Source of the DNA: Thermoplasmata archaeon | GTDB lineage: Archaea > Thermoplasmatota > Thermoplasmata > Lutacidiplasmatales > UBA184 | Direction of reading: 5' to 3' | NCBI GenBank assembly: GCA_030038605.1 | Contig: JASHSU010000152.1 | Coordinates: 285-64,284, forward strand | DNA length: 64,000 nucleotides | Shown: positions 45,683 through 54,100 of the stretch, in pieces | How the letters are laid out: every line of letters starts with the position of its first letter | Position numbering within the stretch: the stretch's first letter is position 1 | The notes under the pieces: model-generated | What the model was told of the DNA's origin: nothing | What the model saw: the letters and a program-made list of their open reading frames with translations, nothing else | Database searches by the model: none | Made by a program: the position numbers and the translations under genes

Positions 45683-47311
45683 ATGCCTACGAGCGACGCA
45701 GCCGGCGCCGATTTCGACGCGCTCGAACGCGCGATCGTCGACCACGTCTTCGTGGTCCAGCCCGGCTTCGCCGTCTCCCTGGGTCTGCACGACTACGACG
45801 GCCGGATACCGGACCTGGCGACGTCGGCGACCGAGCGGTGGGCTACGGAGACCGACCGCCTGCTGGGCCGTCTGGCGGCCACCGAATCGGGACGGCTGAC
45901 ACCGTCGCGAAGGATCGACGCCACCCTGCTGCGCCTGCTGCTGGAGAGCCCGCTGTTCGACTTCCGGGAAGGTCACGATTTCGAGCGTAACCCGATGTCG
46001 TACGTCGGAGGCATCTCGCTCACCCCGTACCTGGTCCGGGAGTACGCTCCGTTGCCGGTGCGCGTGGACGCGATGCGACGCACCCTGGACGCGGTCCCCC
46101 GGTTGCTGGAGCAGGGACGGCGACGGCTTCGCGGCCCCTTCCCCCGACCGTTCGTCGAGCTCAGCCTCGCCATCGGCGGCGCCCTCGCGCCCCACTTCGA
46201 CGAAGCGGAGGCGTTCGCCGCCCGCGCCCATCTCGAACATGAAGTGCGAGCCGCCCGACCGGCGGCCGAGGCGGCGATCGGCTCCTTCCTCACCTGGCTG
46301 AAGGAGGACGAGCTGCCCCGGTCGACGCCCGACTTCGCCCTGGGACCCGAGCGCTACCAACGTCTCCTGTTCGTCCGCGAGGGCCTGGAGACGCCGTTCG
46401 CTGAGGTCCAGCGCCGCGGCGCCGCGGACCTCGCCCGCAACCAGGCCCGGCTGGACGCGATCGCGCGCGAGGAAGGGGTGGCCGTGGCCGAATTGTTCCA
46501 CCGGATGGTCCTGGACCATCCCGCCGCCCCGGAGGTCGTCCCGACGGCGAGCCGGTACGTCGAAGAGACCCGGGCGTTCGTCCGGTCGAAAGACCTGGTG
46601 ACGATCCCGGAACCCGTCGAGGTCCGGGTCGAGGAGACGCCCGTGTGGGGACGCGCCCTCTCCACCGCGAGCATGAATTCCCCCGGTCCGTTCGACTCGG
46701 GGACCGACGGGGTCTACTACGTGACGCCCGTCGACCCCGCCTGGACGCCGATCCAGCAGGAGGAGTGGCTGCGCTCCCTCAACCGGACGATGCTGCGCAA
46801 CATCACCGTCCATGAGGTCTATCCCGGTCACTACCTGCAGTTCCTGCACTGGCGCACGAACGGCGGAAGTCTCGCCCGGCGGGTGTTCATCTCGCAGTCG
46901 TTCGTCGAGGGATGGGCGCACTACACCGAACAGCTCGCCATCGAGGCGGGGATCGGCGGCGGGCGCCTCTTGGCCGAGGTCGCCCAGATCCACGATGCAC
47001 TGCTCCGGGACTGCCGACTGCTGGCGTCCGTCGGGCTGCACACCGGAGGGTGGACCCTGGAACGCGCCACGGAGCTGTTCCAGAAGCAGGCCTACCTCGA
47101 GCGGTTGCCGGCGGAGCGCGAGGCGATCCGCGGGACGTTCAACCCCGAGTACTTCTGCTACACCCTGGGTAAGTTGGCCATCCTCGACGTCCGCGAGCAG
47201 CTCCTCGCCCCGCGGTTCGGCGGCAGCCTGCGGCGGTTCCACGACGCGCTCCTGAAGAACGGGAACCCTCCGATCGGGTTGCTGCCCGCGCTGCTCACCG
47301 CCGCGGCGTGA
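45683..47311 (+). CDS. DUF885 family protein (metallopeptidase-like)
   Basis: HEVYPGHYLQ, FVEGWAHYTE, YTLGKL. Confidence 0.88.
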   Translation: MPTSDAAGADFDALERAIVDHVFVVQPGFAVSLGLHDYDGRIPDLATSATERWATETDRLLGRLAATESGRLTPSRRIDATLLRLLLESPLFDFREGHDFERNPMSYVGGISLTPYLVREYAPLPVRVDAMRRTLDAVPRLLEQGRRRLRGPFPRPFVELSLAIGGALAPHFDEAEAFAARAHLEHEVRAARPAAEAAIGSFLTWLKEDELPRSTPDFALGPERYQRLLFVREGLETPFAEVQRRGAADLARNQARLDAIAREEGVAVAELFHRMVLDHPAAPEVVPTASRYVEETRAFVRSKDLVTIPEPVEVRVEETPVWGRALSTASMNSPGPFDSGTDGVYYVTPVDPAWTPIQQEEWLRSLNRTMLRNITVHEVYPGHYLQFLHWRTNGGSLARRVFISQSFVEGWAHYTEQLAIEAGIGGGRLLAEVAQIHDALLRDCRLLASVGLHTGGWTLERATELFQKQAYLERLPAEREAIRGTFNPEYFCYTLGKLAILDVREQLLAPRFGGSLRRFHDALLKNGNPPIGLLPALLTAAA

Positions 47312-47373
47312 GCCCGCGTCCCGGGGGCCCGGGTTAAGGACCCCTCCCGTCTCGGTCCGCCGGTCCCGGTTCG

Positions 47374-48531
47374 ATGCCGCACGTCGCGGGCGCCCGTTTG
47401 ACCGTCGAACTCCCTCAGCCGCCGGCGGCGGCGTTCGCTCAGGTGGTGGACGAGCTCGTCGAGACGCTCGAACGGGCCGGACTGGAATTCGCGACCGGGC
47501 CCCGCGGGTCGGTCACGGACTTGGGCGCGCCGGTCGCTCGGGTGACCGCCTGGTCGCCGGGACGGGAGTTCGCCCTGCGCTGGAACTCGACCCCGTGGGG
47601 CGCCGAAACGCCGGTCGACTTCGCCGCCCGTTTCGACGCGACGCCGGACGGATCCCGGCTGACCGTCACCGTGGACGGAGCGCCTCGACTGGTGAACGAG
47701 GACCCGACCGAGTGGACCGGCTGGGTGGTCACGGCCCTCGGAGGGCCGGTCGCCCGGGCGCTCACGCCCCGCGGCTTCGGGGACTGGCTCACCGACCGCC
47801 GCGCCCGGCGGCCGTCCGGCCCGTCCGCCCGGTCCATCTACGGGGATCCGGTCTTCCACCGCCCGAACTTCCGCCTCCTGCTCGACACGCTGCACCCCGG
47901 CCCGTCCGACCGTGTGCTCGAGGTCGGGTGTGGCGGGGGTGCGCTTCTCGCCGAGATGTTGGCCCGGGGGGCACGGGCGGTGGGCCTCGACCACAGCCCG
48001 GAGATGGTCCGCCTCGCCCGAAGCGCCAACGCCGCGGCCGTGGGGGACGGCCGTCTCACGGTAAAGGTCGCCGACGCCGGCCGTCTCCCGGTCCCCGATG
48101 CCGCGTTCACCCTCGCCGTCTCCACGGGCGTCTTCGGTTTCCTGCCCGAGCCGGGCGCGACGCTCCGGGAGATGCATCGCGCGCTGGCGCCCGGGGGTCG
48201 GTTGGCGGTCTTCGCGGGCACCGCCGAGCTGCGGGGCACGCCCGCCTGCCCGGAGCCGATGGCGTCGCGGATCCATTTCTTCGAGGACGAGGAGCTGGCT
48301 CGGCTCGCGGAAGCCGCAGGGTTCGTCGACGTGGCCGTCACCCACCCGTCGCTCTACGAGTACGCGATCGCCTCCGGCGTGCCGAAGGACGCTCTCGGTC
48401 TGTTCGAGGGGACCGGCGGCAGCCAGTTGTTGACGGCCCGACGGGCGGGCCCCCGCACGCAGCCTACGCGGCCGGCGCGGGGACGGCCGTCCCGGAAAGC
48501 CACCCCTGGCGGTCGAGCTCGCCGAGGATGA
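47374..48531 (+). CDS. SRPBCC-like domain fused to class I SAM methyltransferase
   Basis: RVTAWSPGREFALRW N-terminal domain; VLEVGCGGG, GLDHSPEM, LAPGGRL. Confidence 0.75.
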   Translation: MPHVAGARLTVELPQPPAAAFAQVVDELVETLERAGLEFATGPRGSVTDLGAPVARVTAWSPGREFALRWNSTPWGAETPVDFAARFDATPDGSRLTVTVDGAPRLVNEDPTEWTGWVVTALGGPVARALTPRGFGDWLTDRRARRPSGPSARSIYGDPVFHRPNFRLLLDTLHPGPSDRVLEVGCGGGALLAEMLARGARAVGLDHSPEMVRLARSANAAAVGDGRLTVKVADAGRLPVPDAAFTLAVSTGVFGFLPEPGATLREMHRALAPGGRLAVFAGTAELRGTPACPEPMASRIHFFEDEELARLAEAAGFVDVAVTHPSLYEYAIASGVPKDALGLFEGTGGSQLLTARRAGPRTQPTRPARGRPSRKATPGGRARRG

Positions 48532-49027
48532 ACTCGGCCGACTGCGCGGGCGTCGCGTTCTGGGTCTCGACCACGATCTCGGCGTGCTCGGGCGGCTCGT
48601 AGGGGTCGTCCACGCCCGTCATCTCCTTGATCTGGCCGGCGCGGGCCTTCTTGTAGAGCCCCTTCACGTCCCGGTCCTCGCAGACGGTGAGCGGGGTGTT
48701 GACGTAGACCTCGACGAAGCGGCCGATGGTGGCCCGGGCCTGGGCCCGGGACGACCGGTACGGCGAGATGAGCGTGACGACCGGGATGGCGCCGTTCCGG
48801 GCCAGGAGTTTGGCGCAGAAGGCGACGCGGGAGGCGTGCGTCTCCCGGGACTTGCGGTCGAAGCCCAGGTCGGCCGAGAGCCCCAACCGGATCTCGTCCC
48901 CGTCCAGGAGGTCGGCGTACCAGCCGCGCGCCACCAGTCGGGGGATGAGCTCCTTCCCGATGGTCGTCTTACCCGCGCTCGGCAGTCCGGTCAGCCAGAG
49001 GCAGAATCCCGGCGGTCCCCGTGTCAT
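48464..49027 (-). CDS. cysC: Adenylyl-sulfate kinase
   Basis: WLTGLPSAGKTT, LLDGD, RDVKGLY, TGVDDPYEPP. Confidence 0.95.
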   Translation of the reverse strand: MTRGPPGFCLWLTGLPSAGKTTIGKELIPRLVARGWYADLLDGDEIRLGLSADLGFDRKSRETHASRVAFCAKLLARNGAIPVVTLISPYRSSRAQARATIGRFVEVYVNTPLTVCEDRDVKGLYKKARAGQIKEMTGVDDPYEPPEHAEIVVETQNATPAQSAEFILGELDRQGWLSGTAVPAPAA

Positions 49028-49039
49028 CGTCCTACGCTC

Positions 49040-50194
49040 CTAGTTCGTCACTTCTCCGCCGGGGCGTCCCAGGATCGCCGCGACCTCCGGCCGGAGGATG
49101 TCCGCCGGCAGGGGCGTCCCCGAGGCGAGCGCCTCGCGGATGCGGGTCTGGCTGGTGGCGCCGTGCTCCGAGGCCGGGTGGGAGCACGTGCGCGCGCTCG
49201 CCATCCAGCCGCAGTGGCGGCAGAAGAACGATTCGTCGTACCGGAGCGGCTGCACCCCGATGTTGAACTCGTCGAAGATCCGGTGGCAGGCGAAGGGATC
49301 GTAGTACTTCCCGACCCCGGCCTGGTCCCGCCCGACGATGTAGGCGGCGCATCCGTAGTTCCGCCGCACGATGGCGAGGAACAGCGCCGCCTTGGGTCCG
49401 CCGTACCGCATCGTGATCGTGAGCGGGCTCATCATCACGTGGGACGGAGGATAGTAGTGGGAGACGAGCGCGTCGTACGCCGCGAGGATGACCTCGGGCT
49501 TGTAATCGCCCTTCTTGAGACGGCCGACCACCGGGTGGATGAACAGCGCGTCGATGTCCTCGCGCTCGAGGGTCAGGCGCTGGATGTACTCGTGGGCGGT
49601 GTGGGGCGGGTTGCGGCACTGGTAGGCGGCGACGCGGCGCCAGCCCCGGCGGGCGAACTCGGCCCGGGTCTCGGCCGGCGTGGGTTCCTCCCGCGGCCAC
49701 GGCGGCGTGAGCCGGTGGAGGAGGTCGACCCGGCCCGCCCAGGCGGTGTCCGAGCCGGCGAGGATGTCCGCGACGTTCGGGTGCTTCGGGTCGTCGGTGC
49801 CGTACGCGCCCTTCGCCAGGGCGGCCCGGTCGAATCGGAACTGTTCCTCGATGTGCAGGAGAGCGATGAGCCGGCCCGTGCCGTCGTCGAGTCCGACCGC
49901 ATCGCCCGGTTTGAGTCCCAGCCGTTCCGCGCCCGCTGGGAGGGGAAAATGGATCGGGATCGACCACGGCAGCCCGTTCGGGAGCCGGCCCGTGGTCCGG
50001 ACCTCCTCGAGGGCGGCGGAGCCCATGAACCCGTCCAGCGGACTGTATGCCCCGATGCCCAGCTTCTCCACGTCGTAGAGCTGGTCGATGAACGGCGTGA
50101 CCCGCGGCAGGTCCTTCGCCTCGGCGTCGCGCCGGGCGCGCTCGGATTCGCCGACCTGCCGGTCGACGAGACGACCTCCGTACGGTTCGATCAT
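49040..50194 (-). CDS. sat: Sulfate adenylyltransferase
   Basis: YSPLDGFM, YQCRNPPHTAHE, RRNYGC..YIVGRDQAG, LRPEV. Confidence 0.95.
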   Translation of the reverse strand: MIEPYGGRLVDRQVGESERARRDAEAKDLPRVTPFIDQLYDVEKLGIGAYSPLDGFMGSAALEEVRTTGRLPNGLPWSIPIHFPLPAGAERLGLKPGDAVGLDDGTGRLIALLHIEEQFRFDRAALAKGAYGTDDPKHPNVADILAGSDTAWAGRVDLLHRLTPPWPREEPTPAETRAEFARRGWRRVAAYQCRNPPHTAHEYIQRLTLEREDIDALFIHPVVGRLKKGDYKPEVILAAYDALVSHYYPPSHVMMSPLTITMRYGGPKAALFLAIVRRNYGCAAYIVGRDQAGVGKYYDPFACHRIFDEFNIGVQPLRYDESFFCRHCGWMASARTCSHPASEHGATSQTRIREALASGTPLPADILRPEVAAILGRPGGEVTN

Positions 50195-50232
50195 GGCGTC
50201 CGAGCGACGGGCGAGCGGAGAGTCGGGAGTTC

Positions 50233-50997
50233 TTAAGCCCGTTCGAGTCCGGCCGTCTCAATTTCCGGCGCCAACGCGCGCCGGACCCCCGCCACGTGGA
50301 TGCCGCACTCGATCTTGCCCTGGCCCTTCCAGCGGCCCGCGCGCTCGCCTTCGGCGAGGCCGGCCGGCGCCGTGCACGGCGCGCACCCGATGCTCGGGTA
50401 CCCCTTCGCCCAGAGCGGGTGCCGGGGCAGCTGATGGTCGTCGAGGTAGCCGTCGACGTCGGCGAGCGACCAGGCGACGAGCGGGTTGATCTTGTAGACC
50501 CCGCGGGCGCCGTGGGGCAGTTCCTGCCACTCGACGACCGGGGTCGCGGCGCGCTGGGGATGCTGACTGCGGCGAACGCCGGTCATCCACGCCGAGCGGC
50601 CCGCGAGCGCGCGCTGCAACGGTTCGACCTTGCGCATCTGGCAGCACTGGTCCGGCGCTCGCGCATACAGGTGCGCGCCGAACTCTGCGTCCTGCTGCGC
50701 GACCGAACGGTCCGGTCGGACGTCCACGACATTCCACCCCTCCTGGGTGCGCAACTGGTCCCGGAACTGGAGGGTCTCGGCGAAGTGGTATCCGGTCTCC
50801 AGGAAGAGTACCGGGATCCCCGGGCGCAGCGTGCGCGCGAGGTCCATGATGACGAGCGAGTCCTTGCCGAAGCTCGAGCCGAGCACGAGCCCGTCCCCGA
50901 ACTGCTCGACCGCCCAGCGGATGATCTCGCCGGCCGGTCGGCCCTCGAGCTCCCGCGACCACTCCGCGGCTTGAGCGGCGCCGTCTGCTGGCTGCAA
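50233..50997 (-). CDS. cysH: APS/PAPS reductase (Fe-S type)
   Basis: SSFGKDS, ETGYHF.ET, CCQMRKVEPL, YPSIGCAPCT, ECGIH. Confidence 0.92.
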   Translation of the reverse strand: MQPADGAAQAAEWSRELEGRPAGEIIRWAVEQFGDGLVLGSSFGKDSLVIMDLARTLRPGIPVLFLETGYHFAETLQFRDQLRTQEGWNVVDVRPDRSVAQQDAEFGAHLYARAPDQCCQMRKVEPLQRALAGRSAWMTGVRRSQHPQRAATPVVEWQELPHGARGVYKINPLVAWSLADVDGYLDDHQLPRHPLWAKGYPSIGCAPCTAPAGLAEGERAGRWKGQGKIECGIHVAGVRRALAPEIETAGLERA

Positions 50998-51136
50998 GGC
51001 ACGCTGCTATCGGGGTGAACCCTATTAGAGTCGGAGCGCCGGCGCCGAATTCCGGGTCGTGCGCAGAATCCGCACGTCGCCGGCGATACCGCCGCAATTC
51101 TGTCGCATCTGGCCGGCCGAACTGCGAACCCGCCGT

Positions 51137-54100
51137 TCACGCGGACGGGGGCGCCGGAGGGGTTGCGGCCGGGTCGGTCGTCCCCCCCGACGTCGGCGGC
51201 GTGTACTCCTGCACGGGTCCCTTGCGTTGCGGGGGGGTCCGGTGGGTCGCGACCCACACCAGTGCGACGACGACGACGATGACCGCCAGGAGCCCGACCG
51301 TCTCCAGGACCGGGACGCCGAGGATCTCGTTCGCGGAGTTCGTGTTCGCCTTGGAGGTGAATTGGACGGTGACGAGGACCGACGCGCCGTTGACCGTGAC
51401 CGAGCCGCCCGAAGGACTCACCGTGTATCCGGAGACCGAACCGACCGAGAAGGTGTAGGCCCGGTTCGCCTCCTCGAAGACGATCGAGGTTCCGGTGCCA
51501 GCGACGGTGGACCCGTTGAGCGTCACGGACCAGCTGGTCCCTCCGGGCAGGCCGACTTCCGTGAACGTGACGGAGTAGATGGGCCTCGACCACGCGAGCG
51601 AGACCGTGACGTCATGACCCGCGACCAGGACCGTGCCGGTCGCGTTGGGCGTGACCCATCCTTCGGGACCGTTGACCACGTACGTCCAGTTCCCGTTGGG
51701 CAGGGAGAGGCTCAGGGAACTCACGTGGGCGGTGTCGGTCTGGTTGCCGACCGCCACGGACCAGGCCGAGCCCGCGGGCAGGCCGGTCTCGTTGAACGTG
51801 ACCGTGTAGGTGGTCAGCGAGCAGGTGAGCGCGACACCGACCGCCGCGCCGTTGACCGTGAGAGTACCCGACGCCGGCACGCAACCCCAGTTGGCCGGAG
51901 GGCTGACCGCGTAGCGGTAATGCCCGTCGAGTTCCGAGAAATTCAGCGTGGTCGTAGTGCTCGAGAGCGGCGTGCCGTTGACGGTCACCGACCAGGTCGC
52001 GCCGGTCGCGAGCCCGGTCTCGGTGAAGGTCACCACGTAGGCGGACGTCCAAACGATCGTCGTGAGGAGATCCCCCCCGTCCACGTACTCGGTGCCCATC
52101 CTCGGCGAGGCGGCCAGTCCGGTCAGCGGGCTCACCGTGAACGGATAGCTTCCGTTCGGGACAAAGAACTCGATCGGGCCTCCGGTTGCATTCCATCCCA
52201 GCGTGCCGTTGAGCACGACCGACCAGTTCTGACCGGCTGTCGCGTTGTCCGCCGCCGTAAAGGTGACCGTGTAGAGTTGGAGGGCCCAGGCGATGGCGAC
52301 GTTCGTGGCCGCTGCATCGACGGTCACCGAGCCGTTCCGGGGTGCCGCGTACCAGCCTCCCAGGTACCCGACGACGAAGTGGTACGTTCCGTTCTGTACC
52401 TGGAACGTGATCGCGCCTCCGACCGAGTAGTTGAACAGCGGCTCCCCGAGGTTGCCCCCCGTGAGGAGGACGCTCCAGTTCTTGTCCGCCGGCAGTCCGG
52501 TCGGGGCGAAGCGGAGCGTGTAGGTGAACGGGGCGAACTGGACGGACTCCGAGACCGACCCGCCCGCCACGTCCACCGTTCCGGTACCATTCTCCGACGC
52601 CGTAAAGTTCCGGATGCTCCCGACCTGGTACGTGTACGACCCATCCAGCACGGTGAAGACGATCGAGGAACCGGCCTTCGCGCTGCCGTTCGCCCAGAGC
52701 GCGGGGTCGCTGACCCCATGCAAGGTGACCGCCCACGTGAGACCGAGGTTCAGGCCACTTTCGGAGAACGTCACCGCATAGAGCGTCCCCACCCAGTAGA
52801 CCGAGTACGACTCGTTCTTCCCCTGCACGCTAAAGGTCACGCTGCTCGGATTGGGAGTCCACCCGAGTACGGCTCCGTAGGTGGCGACATAGCGCGAGCC
52901 GTTGGGGAGCCAGACCGTCAAGTTGGCCGTCATCCCACTCACTTGCGTGCTGTAGGAGCTGTTGGCGACGTCGTCGACGCTCACACTCCACGCTTCGCCG
53001 CTCGTCAAGTTGGTCTCGCGGAAGGTGATGGCGTACCGCGCGACCGTGAAGTCGATCGGGACGGTCCGGCCCGGACCGGCGACCGTGAACGACCCGGACT
53101 GCGTGGTGACGAATCCCGGGACAATACCCACCGTATACGAGTAGGTCCCGTTGGGGAGGAAGAAGCCGACATCGGGCGTCGTGGCCCAGTTGCTGGACTC
53201 GTTGGCCACGGAGACGGTCCAGTTCGTTCCCGAGGTCAAGTTGGTCTCGACGAACGTAACGTTGTACCCGAACCCGAAGGTCAGGGTGATGTTGAGGGGT
53301 CCCCCCGCGACCGTGAAAACCCCCATCCTCGGGAACGCCACGTAGCTGCGGGCCGCGGCGGCGATCAGGAACGTGTAGGTCCCGTTGTAGATTCGGATCA
53401 CATCGGTCGTCGAGTAGCTCGTCTGACCCTCGCGGGACGTGAAGTTGACCCACCACTGACCTCCCTTCGGAAGTCCTGACTCGATGAACGTGACGGAGTA
53501 GAACACTCGGTTGAAGTAGGGCGATACGACCTGGCCGGTCCCGTTCACGGTCAGGCAACCGCTGGCGGGGGTGGCGACCCACCCGTCCGTGGCGGACACG
53601 GCGAAGCAGTAGGTGCCGTTCGGCAACCAGAACGTGAGGTAGGTTCCCAGGTGGGTGGTCAGGGTCTTCCCGTCGATCGTGGCCGACCAGTTACCGGTCC
53701 AGGAGAGGTTCTTCAGGGGCAGGTTCGATTCCAGGAACGTCACGTTGTAGACGTCCTGGGTCCAGTCGATCCGAACGGTGGTGGCGCCACTGACCGCGAC
53801 TGAGCTCGCGTAGGGTGACGTCGTCCAGCCCGCCACCGGGCCGATCGTGTATCGATAGGAACCCGTCGACTCGTTGTAGCTCAGATTGCCTGTTCCCCGC
53901 TGAGGCGTCCCGTTCAGGTCGACCGACCACGGGAGGGAACTGGGCAGACCTACCGGTTCGAAGATCACGGGATTCGGGGAGTCGGTCCAACTGATGTTGA
54001 CCGCGAGCGGGGCACCGCTGACCGAGAGGCTTCCGGAGGGTGCGGACGGAGTTTCTAGGGATGAGGAATTCACCGCGTAGCTGAAGGTCCCATTGGGGAC

